Origin: Acidimicrobiia bacterium
GTDB taxonomy: Bacteria > Actinomycetota > Acidimicrobiia > IMCC26256 > JAGNEX01
DNA: 64,000 nt
Reading direction: 5' to 3'
Assembly (NCBI GenBank): GCA_020637365.1
Contig: JACJWE010000001.1
Span: 47,605 to 111,604 of the forward strand
Positions 49,253 through 59,252 of the stretch are shown piece by piece. Made by a program: the position numbers and the translations under genes. Within the stretch, counting starts at the first letter, position 1. Each line of letters opens with the position of its first letter. The notes below the pieces were generated by a model, which ran no database searches, was not told the origin of the DNA, and worked only from the letters and a program-made list of their open reading frames with translations.

Positions 49253-50251
49253 CTATGAAGGCCAGACAAACCCCCGATCTTTCAAGACGACACCGGCGTC
49301 GATTGCTGCGCCAACGCGCTGAGTGACCTGTTGGAAGTCCAGCCCAAGAAGTTGCGCAAGTTGTTCGATGGTCGCGGGTTCACCAGCGAGTGCCCCCAGC
49401 AGCTCGTCATCGCGATCGGCGCTGTCTGTGGAGTCGGTCACCTCACCAGAACCCATCGGCTCCGGCACAACCATGCCGAGTTGGGTGAGTACATCGTCTG
49501 GTTCTAGAAGCGGGATCGCTCCATCTGCGATCAGTCGGTTGCACCCCACAGCGGCGGGGTTGCGGCGTGAACCCGGAATGGCCATCACCGGCCGACCGGC
49601 ACCAAGCGCGTGATCAACGGTGCTGTGCGTCCCGCCGGCGGCCGTTGCCTCCACCACGATGACGACATCGGCGAGCACAGCGAGCAAACGATTGCGGATG
49701 GGAAAGTGATACGCCCGGGGCCCAACGCCGTACCAGAACTGGCTGAGCAGCGCTCCTGAGCGGTGCACCTGTCGGTGCAACTCCCCGTGGCGTCTGGGAT
49801 AGACCTGGTCGAGTCCCGTGCCCACCACTCCGACCGGAATGCCGCCAGCCTTGATCGTGCCGCGGTGCGCGGCCGCGTCGATACCCAGCGCCAAACCGCT
49901 CAGGACGATCACCCCCGCCTCCGCCATAAGGGCTCCAAGCTCGGCCGCATCGAGTAGGCCATGCGGTGATGCGCTGCGAGTGCCGACGATGGCGACCCGC
50001 GGTCGGTTCCAATCGATCTGTGCTTGCCCCTCGGCAAGTACCACATCGGGCACGTCTTGGGCTGGCGATCGCAGCGGGAACTCGGGCGCGTCGCTCAGCC
50101 AGATCGAGGTGTTCCGCCTGCTGAACAGGGTCGCTACGTCGCGACGAGCCCTTGACAGGTCGGTATGGCTCGCCGATGCGCGCTGTTGCCAGCAGCAGCC
50201 GTCACGGCAGTGTTCGGCCATCCGGGCGGGGGCATGACTGTGTGCTTTCAT
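49253..50251 (-). CDS. dprA: DNA-processing protein DprA (Smf)
   Basis: VAIVGTRSASPHG...VLSGLALGIDAAAHRG...VGTGLD.VYPRRH...FPIRNRL...VVVEA...GTHSTVDHAL. The start is uncertain (ATG 50251 chosen to avoid overlap with comM). Confidence 0.88.
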   Translation of the reverse strand: MKAHSHAPARMAEHCRDGCCWQQRASASHTDLSRARRDVATLFSRRNTSIWLSDAPEFPLRSPAQDVPDVVLAEGQAQIDWNRPRVAIVGTRSASPHGLLDAAELGALMAEAGVIVLSGLALGIDAAAHRGTIKAGGIPVGVVGTGLDQVYPRRHGELHRQVHRSGALLSQFWYGVGPRAYHFPIRNRLLAVLADVVIVVEATAAGGTHSTVDHALGAGRPVMAIPGSRRNPAAVGCNRLIADGAIPLLEPDDVLTQLGMVVPEPMGSGEVTDSTDSADRDDELLGALAGEPATIEQLAQLLGLDFQQVTQRVGAAIDAGVVLKDRGFVWPS

Positions 50252-50400
50252 GACGAGCGCCGCATCGAGTAGGCATTCAGAACGTTGGTATGAACAAGTC
50301 GTTGGATTGCTCTGATGGGTGTGTATTGCAGCGTGATGTCCACATGGCCCGCAGCGAGGCACCGAGATCCCGAGTGCTGATGTCAGATCGAGCTGTGTCC

Positions 50401-51894
50401 TCATAGCGACATCTCCCGCAGTTCGCGTGCGAGATGGGCGTCGGCCACGTTTGGCTGGCCACGTCCATCGAGGTCGGCGATAGTCCATGTCAAACGGGCG
50501 CAGCGGGTCGCCCCGCGTTCGCTGAGGCGTCCCATATGGCGCGCCTGGTCCAGGACGTCGGCTACCGGGTCGGGTAGGGGCAGGACCTCAGCGATCTGAT
50601 GTCCTGGAACGTCGTTGTTGCGATGCCAGGGAGTCCCTGCAAGTCGCTTTCTCGCCCGCTCAGATGCCTGAGCGACACGTTGTGCGGCGTCTTCGGACGC
50701 CGTCGCAGGTGTTGCGCTCGACGTCGGTGGCGTGAGCGCGAGCGTCATGTCGAAACGGTCGAGGAGTGGCTCGCTGAGGCGGCGCCGGTATCGCTCGCGT
50801 TTGTCTTCGGTGCAGGTGCAGCGCGGAGGGCCGAGCCCACATGGGCAGGGATTGGTGCACGCGACGAGGGCAAACGATGCTGGGAACACCGCTGCAACCC
50901 TGCTTCTGGCAATCCGAACGACACCTTCTTCGAGCGGCTGTCGGAGCGCGTCGAGCGACTGTGGGCGAAACTCGCCGAGTTCGTCGAGAAAGAGCGTGCC
51001 CCGATGGGCCAGCGTTACCTCACCGGGTCGGAGCCGAGCGCTGCCGCCGCCCAGCAGCGCAACGGTCGTCAACGTGTGATGCGGACGTCGAAAGGGGCGT
51101 CGCCGAACGACGCCGCTCTCGGGGGCCAGTCCGGCAGCCGAATAGATCCGCGTCAGCTCGAGGGCGCCATCGTCGTCGAGTGGCGGCATGATCGATTCGA
51201 TGCTCTGGGCGATCATCGATTTACCGATACCGGGAGGTCCCGACAGGAGCAGGTGATGTCCACCAGCAGCGGACAACATCGCGCACTGGATTGCGAGATG
51301 GTGGCCTCGGATGTGGCCCATGTCGACCGTATGGGTTCGTTGTACTTCAGCGGTCGGTGCCGGCGGAATGTCGTCCCATGGCCGTTCTGCTCGCAGGCAA
51401 CGAACGACCGAATCCAGATCGGGTGCGGTGAGGATCTCAACGTCGGGCAGCAGGCTTGCTTCAACGGCATCGCACGGCGCGACGATCAATCGTCGAGCGC
51501 CACGACGTCGGGCTGCCCAACCGAGAGCGAGGACACCATCACAGGAGCGCAGCGAACCGTCCAAGCCGAGTTCTGCAAAGACAGCGGTGCGTTCAAGGCA
51601 GTCGACGGGAAGCGCTCCTTCCACGATGAGGATGCCGAGCGCGACGGCAAGGTCGAGCCCCGACCCTGCTTTTGGAACCGAACCGGGCGCGAGGTTGACG
51701 GTGATCCGTTTGAGTGGCCACGGCAGCCCCGACGACAACAGCGCAGCGCGAACGCGGTCACGGGATTCTCGCACCCCCGCATCGGGAAGCCCCACGACGT
51801 TGAAGGCGGGGAGTCCTTGTGAGAGGTGCGTTTCGACATCGACGGAATGGCCGTCAATGCCGAGAAGGGTTGCTGAACGAACCGAGGCGAGCAT
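50401..51894 (-). CDS. comM: Mg-chelatase-like ATPase YifB/ComM
   Basis: MLASVRSATLLGIDGHSVDVE..., LLLSGPPGIGKSM, LFLDELGEF, and the C-terminal CxC...C Cys cluster with the ChlI-type domain. Confidence 0.9.
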   Translation of the reverse strand: MLASVRSATLLGIDGHSVDVETHLSQGLPAFNVVGLPDAGVRESRDRVRAALLSSGLPWPLKRITVNLAPGSVPKAGSGLDLAVALGILIVEGALPVDCLERTAVFAELGLDGSLRSCDGVLALGWAARRRGARRLIVAPCDAVEASLLPDVEILTAPDLDSVVRCLRAERPWDDIPPAPTAEVQRTHTVDMGHIRGHHLAIQCAMLSAAGGHHLLLSGPPGIGKSMIAQSIESIMPPLDDDGALELTRIYSAAGLAPESGVVRRRPFRRPHHTLTTVALLGGGSARLRPGEVTLAHRGTLFLDELGEFRPQSLDALRQPLEEGVVRIARSRVAAVFPASFALVACTNPCPCGLGPPRCTCTEDKRERYRRRLSEPLLDRFDMTLALTPPTSSATPATASEDAAQRVAQASERARKRLAGTPWHRNNDVPGHQIAEVLPLPDPVADVLDQARHMGRLSERGATRCARLTWTIADLDGRGQPNVADAHLARELREMSL

Positions 51895-52081
51895 CGGGTG
51901 GATCCTTTGGTGCTGTGGGCTTCCGGAGCCGATGTGAGGTGGCTCGATGCGGAGGGCCAAACGGGGCACCTCGATCCATGGGTAACGCTACGCCCAGCGT
52001 GTGACAGCTAGTCCCGGGCCTCAGAGATTGCGACCGCCCGAACACGACCGCTCGGCGACCCGTGGGTAGCCTGAGGCTGTT

Positions 52082-52733
52082 ATGCGCATCTGGTGGGCAC
52101 TGGCCCAGGTCAATGAGACGGTGGTTGAGGGTGCTCGCTGGCCCCTGTGGCTTGCGATCTGCCTTGCTCTGGTTTTCTGCGTGATCGCTTTGGTCGTGAT
52201 TGGCCTGAGACGACGGTATTCCCCCCGATGAACTCGCCCTCGGGTACGAGTACGCATGGGACCGGCTCGATTTCGACGCGATCTGGGCGATGAGCACCCC
52301 CGAACTACGCCAAGACCGCTCGCGCGACCGTTTCGTCGCAGACAAACGTCAGGCGATCAAAGCAGGCCACCCGACTGGAACCTTGAGTCATGTCGAACTG
52401 TCGCCGGTCCAGCAGCAGCGGTATCGGGTCCTCTACCGCTCGACCCTGCACCTCATAGACGGCAGTACCTTCAACAATGAGATCCTGGTCGTGCGCCACC
52501 CCGGCTCATGGCTGGTAGCCGAGTATCACAGCCAGCTGACGGCAACCCAGGCGATCGACGGCGACGACGGCGAGACTTCCGAGCTCTTCGCCCCATCGTC
52601 GCCCAGCCCCACTCCTGCTGCCTCGACATCGACGCCGAGTGCTGACTCCCATAGGGGTTCCATTTCAGGTTCGGTCCACGGTGCGGCCGTGCCCTCGCCG
52701 ATAGTCGAGCCTCATAACGCTCCGCTCGACTGA
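52082..52733 (+). pseudogene. Hypothetical membrane-anchored protein, split by one frameshift in a C6 run
   Basis: ATG 52082 gives MRIWWALAQV...WPLWLAICLALVFCVIALVVIGLRRRYSP and stops. Removing one C from 52221..52226 continues into DELALGYEYAWDRLDFDAIWAMSTPELRQDR... (ORF 52290..52733). The tail is Ser/Pro/Thr-rich. Confidence 0.5.
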
Positions 52734-53494
52734 TGTGCGGCCGGTTTGTCAGCGCTGCGAGTCTCGACCAGATACTTGGGTTCTTTGATGTCGAACGGCT
52801 CGCGTTCGACCCCGACGACTACGAGCCGCACTACAACGTGGCACCGACGATGGATGTGCCAACCATTGCCGAGACGCCAGATCGGCGGGTCCTGGGCTTG
52901 ATGACCTGGCGCTATGCGCCTGCCCACATCGCATCCAGCGGGGTGAGCGCTTCGCGTTTGACCATCAACGCTCGTTCAGAAACCGCTGCGCAGTCAGGCT
53001 ATTTCAAGTCCTCGCTGGCCAAACGACGATGTCTCATCCCCGCCAACGGCTTTTACGAATGGAGACGGTCGGGTGGCAGCAAGATCCCCTACCTCTTCCG
53101 CCCCTGCGACGGAGGACTCTTCGCTTTCGGCGCGATCTGGGCGCCGCTTGCCCACGACCAGATAGACGAGCCCAGATCGGGATTCGCCATCTTGACGACC
53201 CGGCCAAATGAGCTGGTAGCGCCGATACACGACCGAATGCCGGTCATCTTGCCAGCGGATCTCTGGGACATTTGGCTGGATCCAGAGGTCGACGATGCCG
53301 CATTCGTTCAGGGCCTCTGCGTGCCTTTACCCGCAGCGTTCATGACGTCGGTCATGGTGGGACGCCGTGTCAACGATGTTCGCAACGACGACGCCGCGTG
53401 TCTTGAGCCAGCTCCCCCCGACAACGGCACCGACGCCGAAACGGGGCAGCCTTCGCTCGCCAACCCTGCGCTCGCCAACCCTTCGCTCTGGTAG
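52733..53494 (+). CDS. SOS response-associated peptidase (SRAP/YedK, DUF159)
   Basis: N-terminal MCGRF catalytic Cys2, YNVAPT, PANGFYEW, HDRMPVIL. These are canonical SRAP motifs. Confidence 0.9.
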   Translation: MCGRFVSAASLDQILGFFDVERLAFDPDDYEPHYNVAPTMDVPTIAETPDRRVLGLMTWRYAPAHIASSGVSASRLTINARSETAAQSGYFKSSLAKRRCLIPANGFYEWRRSGGSKIPYLFRPCDGGLFAFGAIWAPLAHDQIDEPRSGFAILTTRPNELVAPIHDRMPVILPADLWDIWLDPEVDDAAFVQGLCVPLPAAFMTSVMVGRRVNDVRNDDAACLEPAPPDNGTDAETGQPSLANPALANPSLW

Positions 53495-53601
53495 TTCGCC
53501 GAGGCGCTTCGGCCGCCGGGACCCGCTGCACCATCCATTCTGTCGGCTCCGGGTCGTGATCTATCGTCGGATCATCGCCTTTTAGGCACTACCGTGGGAC
53601 C

Positions 53602-54519
53602 GTGTCTTGGTACGTCGATGATTTCATGTTGTCCCTCGCAGACAAGAGCGAGCACACGCGACGCGCGTATCGAGGCGATGTCGAAACGCTCAAAGTATGG
53701 GCCGACCGCGACGAGGAAATGACCTTGCAAGGGTTGGATCACGCGGCGCTTCGGCGGTTTCTCTCGTTTCAACGGACCCTTGGGCGGTCGGAACGTTCCG
53801 TCGCGCGTCGGGCCGCTGGCATTCGGGCGTATTTCAGTTGGCTTACCAAGTCCGGAAAGATCGAGTCGGATCCCGCCGCGAATCTGCGCGCACCGGCAAA
53901 TACGAGGCGTTTGCCAATCGTTCCGAAGGAAATCGAAGCCGAATTCATCTTGGATGACGCGGCGCAAAGGGTTAGATCTACCTCAATTCCAGGCGATCAA
54001 AAAGAACAGGAACTCAGAGCGCGGTTGCTGATGGAACATGCAATATTGGAGCTTCTCTATGGTGCGGGCCTCCGCGTCAGTGAGCTTTGTGGCCTCACCT
54101 GGACCGACTACGACTCGCAAAATCACACGCTAACTGTGCTGGGTAAAGGCTCAAAATACCGCCGGCTCCCACTCCACCAGGCGGCCTGTTCGGCACTCGA
54201 AAAATACCTCGATGAAGGGCGCCCACATCTCGATCGATCGCTCGCGGGACGCTCGGTGTTTTTGAACCGGACCGCAAAACGGATGAACCCGCGTGACGTA
54301 CGACGTATCCTTGGGAAGTACCCACTCCCAGATGGCCGTGTCCTTCACCCTCACCAGTGGCGCCACGCGTTCGCGACGCACCTCCTTCGAGGCGGTGCCG
54401 ACGTCCGTGTCGTGCAGGAATTGTTGGGCCATGCAGATGTGGAGACAACGCAGTTGTACACGCACCTAACAAAGGACCACGTTCGGTCCGTATACGAAGC
54501 GACACACCCCAGGGCATGA
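53602..54519 (+). CDS. xerC: Tyrosine recombinase XerC
   Basis: N-terminal SAM-like domain (RRAYRGDVETL...), then catalytic LLYGAGLRVSEL, HQWRHAFATHLL, LLGHADVETTQLYTH. It sits in the position of xerC in mycobacteria. Confidence 0.85.
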   Translation: MSWYVDDFMLSLADKSEHTRRAYRGDVETLKVWADRDEEMTLQGLDHAALRRFLSFQRTLGRSERSVARRAAGIRAYFSWLTKSGKIESDPAANLRAPANTRRLPIVPKEIEAEFILDDAAQRVRSTSIPGDQKEQELRARLLMEHAILELLYGAGLRVSELCGLTWTDYDSQNHTLTVLGKGSKYRRLPLHQAACSALEKYLDEGRPHLDRSLAGRSVFLNRTAKRMNPRDVRRILGKYPLPDGRVLHPHQWRHAFATHLLRGGADVRVVQELLGHADVETTQLYTHLTKDHVRSVYEATHPRA

Positions 54520-54536
54520 GGTGAGCGCTTGCTGAG

Positions 54537-55319
54537 ATGCCCGGGGACAACATGCCGGTGGAACAAGACGAACAACTCGACAATCTGTGGTCTCGCTACA
54601 AGGAGACCGCGGATAGCGACGTTCGTAGCCGCTTGATTCTCCATTACTCCCCCTTGGTCAAGTTCGTCGCGGGACGTGTCGCTGTCGGCCTTCCTCACAA
54701 TGTCGATCAACGCGACCTCGTCAGCTACGGGATGTTCGGCCTGATCGATGCGATCGAGAAGTTCGACCTGGGGCGAGGCTTCAAGTTCGAGACCTATGCC
54801 ATTAGCCGGATCAAAGGCGCCATCATCGACGAGTTGCGGTCGATGGATTGGGTGCCGCGGTCGGTACGTGCCAAGGCGCGCGAGATCGAGCGAGCGTGTT
54901 CCAAGTTGGAGAACGAACTCAAGCGATCCCCAACCGAGGCTGAAATTGCCGTCGAAGTCGGGATGACCGACCGTCAATTGCGTGACACGCTCTCGCAGAT
55001 CAGCTTCGTCGGCTTGGTCTCAGTCGAAGAGACGGCGGGCCGCGACGACAGCGGGGCGACGATCCGCGAGACGATCGCTGACACGGGCGCTGATCCAATG
55101 CGGGCGTTCGAAGTCGAAGAGATGCGGTATCTCCTTGCCGACGCCATCAATCGGCTATCCGAACGCGAGCGGCTCGTCCTCACGTTTTACTATTACGAGG
55201 GCATGACCCTTGCCGAGATCGGTGAGATCATCGGCGTCACCGAATCTCGGGTGTGTCAGATTCACACCAAGGCAATCATGCAGCTGCGATCGAAGTTCGT
55301 TGACGCGGAAGGCCGCTGA
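54537..55319 (+). CDS. whiG: RNA polymerase sigma factor, WhiG/FliA family
   Basis: [89 protein letters not shown] closely parallels Streptomyces WhiG as I recall it. Confidence 0.85.
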   Translation: MPGDNMPVEQDEQLDNLWSRYKETADSDVRSRLILHYSPLVKFVAGRVAVGLPHNVDQRDLVSYGMFGLIDAIEKFDLGRGFKFETYAISRIKGAIIDELRSMDWVPRSVRAKAREIERACSKLENELKRSPTEAEIAVEVGMTDRQLRDTLSQISFVGLVSVEETAGRDDSGATIRETIADTGADPMRAFEVEEMRYLLADAINRLSERERLVLTFYYYEGMTLAEIGEIIGVTESRVCQIHTKAIMQLRSKFVDAEGR

Positions 55320-55425
55320 CACTTCGTCGCGGTGACCGCGCCTCACCGCAGATTGGCGAGTCCGCTCGCCCGTTCGGATCCTAGGGATCCCTCTGTTCAT
55401 CTATCGAGCAAAGAGGGAGGGTCCC

Positions 55426-56184
55426 GTGTCGATCCTGAGAGCGAGTGCCCCGGTTAGCGTCAACACCGTTTCGTCGCCACGCCCGAGTCGGTGCTCGCGA
55501 CAGCGCAACTCCGATCGTGCTGAGCGACCCACCGACACCGATACCGGGTTTGGCGAGGCCGAAATGGTCTGGGTGACAGCGTCGATGGGGCAGCGACCTG
55601 GTGGGTGTCAACGCCATCGGCGTTGGTCCCAAGCGTTCGTCACGCTACTGACGCTGGTCGCTGCTGTTGTCATAGCGTCGGCAGCGTCGGGAGCGCAGGT
55701 GCGCTCAGGGTGTGGAGGACCGGCGGCTGTTTCGGGGAGCATCGTTCGCGACTTCGCTCCACCGCCACACCGGTATGGCGCCGGGCATCGGGGGATCAAG
55801 GTCGCGGTCGAAGATGGTGCGCTCATTCACGCAACTCAGTCGGGCAGCGTGCGCTTCGTCGGCATGGTCGCGGGAACGCCATGGGTCAGCCTGCAACAGG
55901 CAGATGGCACCATTGCGACGTTCGGAGGGGTGTCCGGCGTGGGGTTGAGCGCGGGTGAGCTCGTTTCCGTCGGTGATGTGGTGGCGGCCGCTCAGAGCTC
56001 GATCGTCCATGTCGGACTGCGCAGCGGGGAGGACTACCTCGACCCCATCGGCCTACTGGGAGGAACGCCGGCGACGATCTCGCTGACCCGTTGGGGAGGC
56101 GATCTTGGACCACCGCCCGAGGTGTGTCGCGTGTTGGAACAAGTCACCAACGTGTTCGTCGCCGTCGTGAACAGCGCAGCGTAG
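55426..56184 (+). CDS. M23 family metallopeptidase (Rv2891-like)
   Basis: Signal/TM segment LLTLVAAVVIASAASG, then YGAGHRGIKVAV..G..IHATQSGSVRFVG...HVGLR.GEDYLDP. The strong RBS GAGGGAGGG precedes GTG 55426. Confidence 0.8.
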   Translation: MSILRASAPVSVNTVSSPRPSRCSRQRNSDRAERPTDTDTGFGEAEMVWVTASMGQRPGGCQRHRRWSQAFVTLLTLVAAVVIASAASGAQVRSGCGGPAAVSGSIVRDFAPPPHRYGAGHRGIKVAVEDGALIHATQSGSVRFVGMVAGTPWVSLQQADGTIATFGGVSGVGLSAGELVSVGDVVAAAQSSIVHVGLRSGEDYLDPIGLLGGTPATISLTRWGGDLGPPPEVCRVLEQVTNVFVAVVNSAA

Positions 56185-56460
56185 GATGCGCGGGCCAATC
56201 GAGAAAGGTCGCTCGGGCTGCTGCGGGCTCGCCAGAGTCGTGAGCGGGTGCGGAGCTCGACGGTGGGCTGGGTCATCTGCCCGGGATCGTCGCTGTCCGA
56301 TCGCAAATGCTGCGCTAGGTCCGATAGGATCGACGGGCTAAACGCTTGCCACTAGGCAGGCACCGAGATATCAACTCAGACTTGCGATCCCAAGGTCTCT
56401 AGAACCGCTGCGGTCCTCTAGAGCGAGCGAGTCGACGTGAAACCGAGGGAAGGACCCACC

Positions 56461-57486
56461 GTGGCCGTTGTCACCATGAAAGAACTCCTCCAAGCAGGTA
56501 TGCATTTCGGGCACCAGACCCGTCGTTGGAATCCCAAGATGAAGCGCTACATCCTGGGTGAGCGCAACGGAATCTACCTCTTGGATCTCCGCCAGAGCCT
56601 GAGCGGTATCGAACAGGCATACATCTACATCCGCGACATGGTCGCAGATGGCGGCAACATTCTGTTTGTCGGCACCAAGAAACAAGCCCAAGACGCGGTC
56701 TCTAACGAGGCGGTTCGTGTGGGTATGCCGTTCGTGAACGAGCGTTGGTTGGGTGGTCTGTTGACCAACTTCACCACGATGAGCTCACGGACTGCCAAGA
56801 TGCGCGATCTCGAGCGCCGCCAGCGCCTCGGCGAGTTCGAGTTGATGCCCAAGAAGGAAGCGCTGTTGCTCACCCGTGAAATGGAGAAGCTGCAGCGATA
56901 CCTCGGCGGCATCCGCAACATGGAGCGCGTGCCGGATGCATTGTTCGTGATCGACACCAAGAAGGAATACATCGCGGTGACCGAGGCCAACCGTCTCGGT
57001 ATTCCCGTCGTAGCGATCGTCGACACCAACTGTGACCCGGACGTCATCGACTTCCCGATCCCGGGCAACGACGACGCAATTCGCTCCACGAGTCTGATCG
57101 CTCGCGTGATCGCAGATGCCGTTTCGGAAGGGCGTCGCCTTGCCGCATACCGCGGGAATGCCTCAGCGCCGTCCACGGAGGAGATGGCGACGCCTGAAGC
57201 GAACCCCGAAGAGATCAAGCGCAAGGCGCAAGAGCAGATGCGCGCACGTGTCCTTGCCCAGCAGCAACAAAAAGAGCGCGAGGCTCGGCTGCTCGAGGCC
57301 AAGCGTAAGGCCAAAGAAGAACGCGACGCAGCTGATGCTGCACAGACAGATGCCGAAGCGGGTGACAGCACCGAGGCAACCGATGCTGGTGCCTCCGAGG
57401 CAACCGATGCTGGTGCCTCCGAGGCAACCGATGCAGAGGCCGCGGTCGCAGCATCCGACTCGGCGGGTGGCGAGTCCGAGGCGTGA
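56461..57486 (+). CDS. rpsB: 30S ribosomal protein S2 with a long acidic, repeat-containing C-terminal extension
   Basis: [24 protein letters not shown]...FVGTKKQAQ...VDTNCDPD. About 110 aa of extra K/E/A/D-rich tail. GTG 56461 follows GAGGGAAGGA. Confidence 0.93.
   Translation: MAVVTMKELLQAGMHFGHQTRRWNPKMKRYILGERNGIYLLDLRQSLSGIEQAYIYIRDMVADGGNILFVGTKKQAQDAVSNEAVRVGMPFVNERWLGGLLTNFTTMSSRTAKMRDLERRQRLGEFELMPKKEALLLTREMEKLQRYLGGIRNMERVPDALFVIDTKKEYIAVTEANRLGIPVVAIVDTNCDPDVIDFPIPGNDDAIRSTSLIARVIADAVSEGRRLAAYRGNASAPSTEEMATPEANPEEIKRKAQEQMRARVLAQQQQKEREARLLEAKRKAKEERDAADAAQTDAEAGDSTEATDAGASEATDAGASEATDAEAAVAASDSAGGESEA
57373..57435. repeat. 24-bp tandem repeat x2.6 inside the rpsB tail
   Basis: gaggcaaccgatgctggtgcctcc x2, then gaggcaaccgatgca. 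It encodes [21 protein letters not shown]. Confidence 0.9.
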
Positions 57487-57603
57487 CCTTTTAGCACACC
57501 CGCATTCGATCGGGGTGGCTCAGAAACCAGCCCAAGAATTCAGAAGTGCGGCCCGGCCAAACCGGGCCGCATCTGCTGCACACACCAGAAAGTAGAAATG
57601 ATC

Positions 57604-58452
57604 ATGGCGAACATCGCTGCAAAGGACGTCGCCGCGCTCCGCAAGATCACGGGCGCGGGGATGATGGATTGCAAGAAGGCTCTCGGCGAGACCGAGGGTG
57701 ACATCGAGGCGGCCAAGACTTGGCTTCGCGAGAAGGGTTTGGCCGCAGCTGCCAAACGCACCGGACGCGATGCAACACAGGGTTCGATCGTCGTCGCTCA
57801 AAACGATGACGTCGCCGTCGTGCTCGAGCTCTGCTGCGAGACCGACTTCGTGGCCAAGGGTCAAGGTTTTCTCGACTTCGCTCAACAACTGGCAGATCAG
57901 GCCCTCAACAACGGCGCAGAGCTCGCATCGCAGAAGTTTGGTGACACCGACGAGACCGTCGACGAGGCCATTAAAGCGCTGGCGGGTTCCCTGGGCGAGA
58001 ACATCAGCCTCGGTCGTGTCGAACGTTTCGAGTCCAGCACCGGGCTTTTGGACGTGTACCTCCACGTACAGGCCGAACGCGGTGTTCTCGGCGTCATCGT
58101 CGAGATCGATGGTGTCGATAAGGATTCCGATGCTGCCAAGCAGACCGCGCATGATGTCGCACTGCACATCGCGTCCGCAGCGCCGCGGTACGTAACCGAC
58201 GACCAGGTCCCGCAGAGCGAGATCGAGGCTGAGCGCGAAGTCGTCGCCATTCAGGCCGCTGGCGAAGGTAAGCCCGACAACGTCACCGCCAAGATTGTCG
58301 AAGGACGCATGAAGTCGTTCTTGAAAGAGATCGTCTTGGTCGACCAGCCCTATATCCGCGACACGTCGGTGACGGTCGGGAAGTTGGTTTCCCAACTCGG
58401 GCCGGACGCCAAAGTGTCTCGTTTTGCTCGGGTCAAGATCGGCGAAAACTAG
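57604..58452 (+). CDS. tsf: Elongation factor Ts
   Basis: [27 protein letters not shown] (UBA-like N-terminus), [23 protein letters not shown]. Alternative ATG at 57598. Confidence 0.93.
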   Translation: MANIAAKDVAALRKITGAGMMDCKKALGETEGDIEAAKTWLREKGLAAAAKRTGRDATQGSIVVAQNDDVAVVLELCCETDFVAKGQGFLDFAQQLADQALNNGAELASQKFGDTDETVDEAIKALAGSLGENISLGRVERFESSTGLLDVYLHVQAERGVLGVIVEIDGVDKDSDAAKQTAHDVALHIASAAPRYVTDDQVPQSEIEAEREVVAIQAAGEGKPDNVTAKIVEGRMKSFLKEIVLVDQPYIRDTSVTVGKLVSQLGPDAKVSRFARVKIGEN

Positions 58453-58462
58453 GCTGCAACGC

Positions 58463-59209
58463 GTGAACGCTCCCGTCGGGTACAAACGAGTCGTCCTCAA
58501 ACTTTCCGGAGAGGCATTTGCAAATGCCGAAACCGGTTATGGCATCGACGCCGATGTCGTACAGCGCATTGCTGAAGAGGTGACCGAGGCCAGGCGGGAG
58601 CTCAGCACGGACATCGGGATCGTCGTCGGCGGCGGCAACATCTTTCGAGGTCTTCAAGGCTCTGATCGCGGTATGGACCGGGTGACGGCCGACCACATGG
58701 GCATGCTCGGCACGGTGATCAACGCGCTGGCCATTCAGGACGCCCTCGAGGCCGCCGGACAGCCGACGAGGGTGCAAACCGCTCTCGAGGTGCGGGCGGT
58801 CGCAGAGCCCTACATCCGACGCCGAGCGATGCGTCACCTCGAAAAGGGGCGCGTGGTCGTCTTCGCTGCTGGCACCGGTAACCCCTATTTCACGACCGAC
58901 TCGACTGCGGCGCTGCGCGCCGCCGAGATCGGGGCCGACGTGATTTTGAAGGGTACACATTCCGGGGTTGACGGCGTCTATGACGACGATCCTCGTTCAA
59001 ATCCCGATGCATGCCGATTCGACTCCATCTCCTTTCGCGAGGTGATGAAGCGCAGTCTGGGCGTCATGGATTCGACCGCTGTAGCGCTTGCGATGGACAA
59101 CGACATTCCCATCGTCGTGTTCGATATGACGACTCCCGGCAACATCAAGAGTGCGCTTGCCGGAACCGACATCGGTACCTTCGTCGGTTCCGACGTACCG
59201 CTCGGGTAG
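58463..59209 (+). CDS. pyrH: UMP kinase
   Basis: [45 protein letters not shown]. The start is uncertain (GTG 58463, just after the tsf stop). Confidence 0.9.
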   Translation: MNAPVGYKRVVLKLSGEAFANAETGYGIDADVVQRIAEEVTEARRELSTDIGIVVGGGNIFRGLQGSDRGMDRVTADHMGMLGTVINALAIQDALEAAGQPTRVQTALEVRAVAEPYIRRRAMRHLEKGRVVVFAAGTGNPYFTTDSTAALRAAEIGADVILKGTHSGVDGVYDDDPRSNPDACRFDSISFREVMKRSLGVMDSTAVALAMDNDIPIVVFDMTTPGNIKSALAGTDIGTFVGSDVPLG

Positions 59210-59252
59210 TCTCTGGCCCCGGCGAGCCGGAGACGAGCAAAGGGAGTCAGTC

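Noticed and set aside
50599-51822. 407-aa plus-strand ORF.
   Set aside because: It is antisense to comM, which has clear AAA+/Mg-chelatase motifs on the minus strand.
55320-55425. c-di-AMP (ydaO-type) riboswitch upstream of the M23 peptidase, and the GGATCCTAGGGATCC element as a whiG terminator.
   Set aside because: No ydaO-like conserved segments are recognisable. The double BamHI-like palindrome gives only a 6-bp stem with a 3-nt loop and no U-tract.
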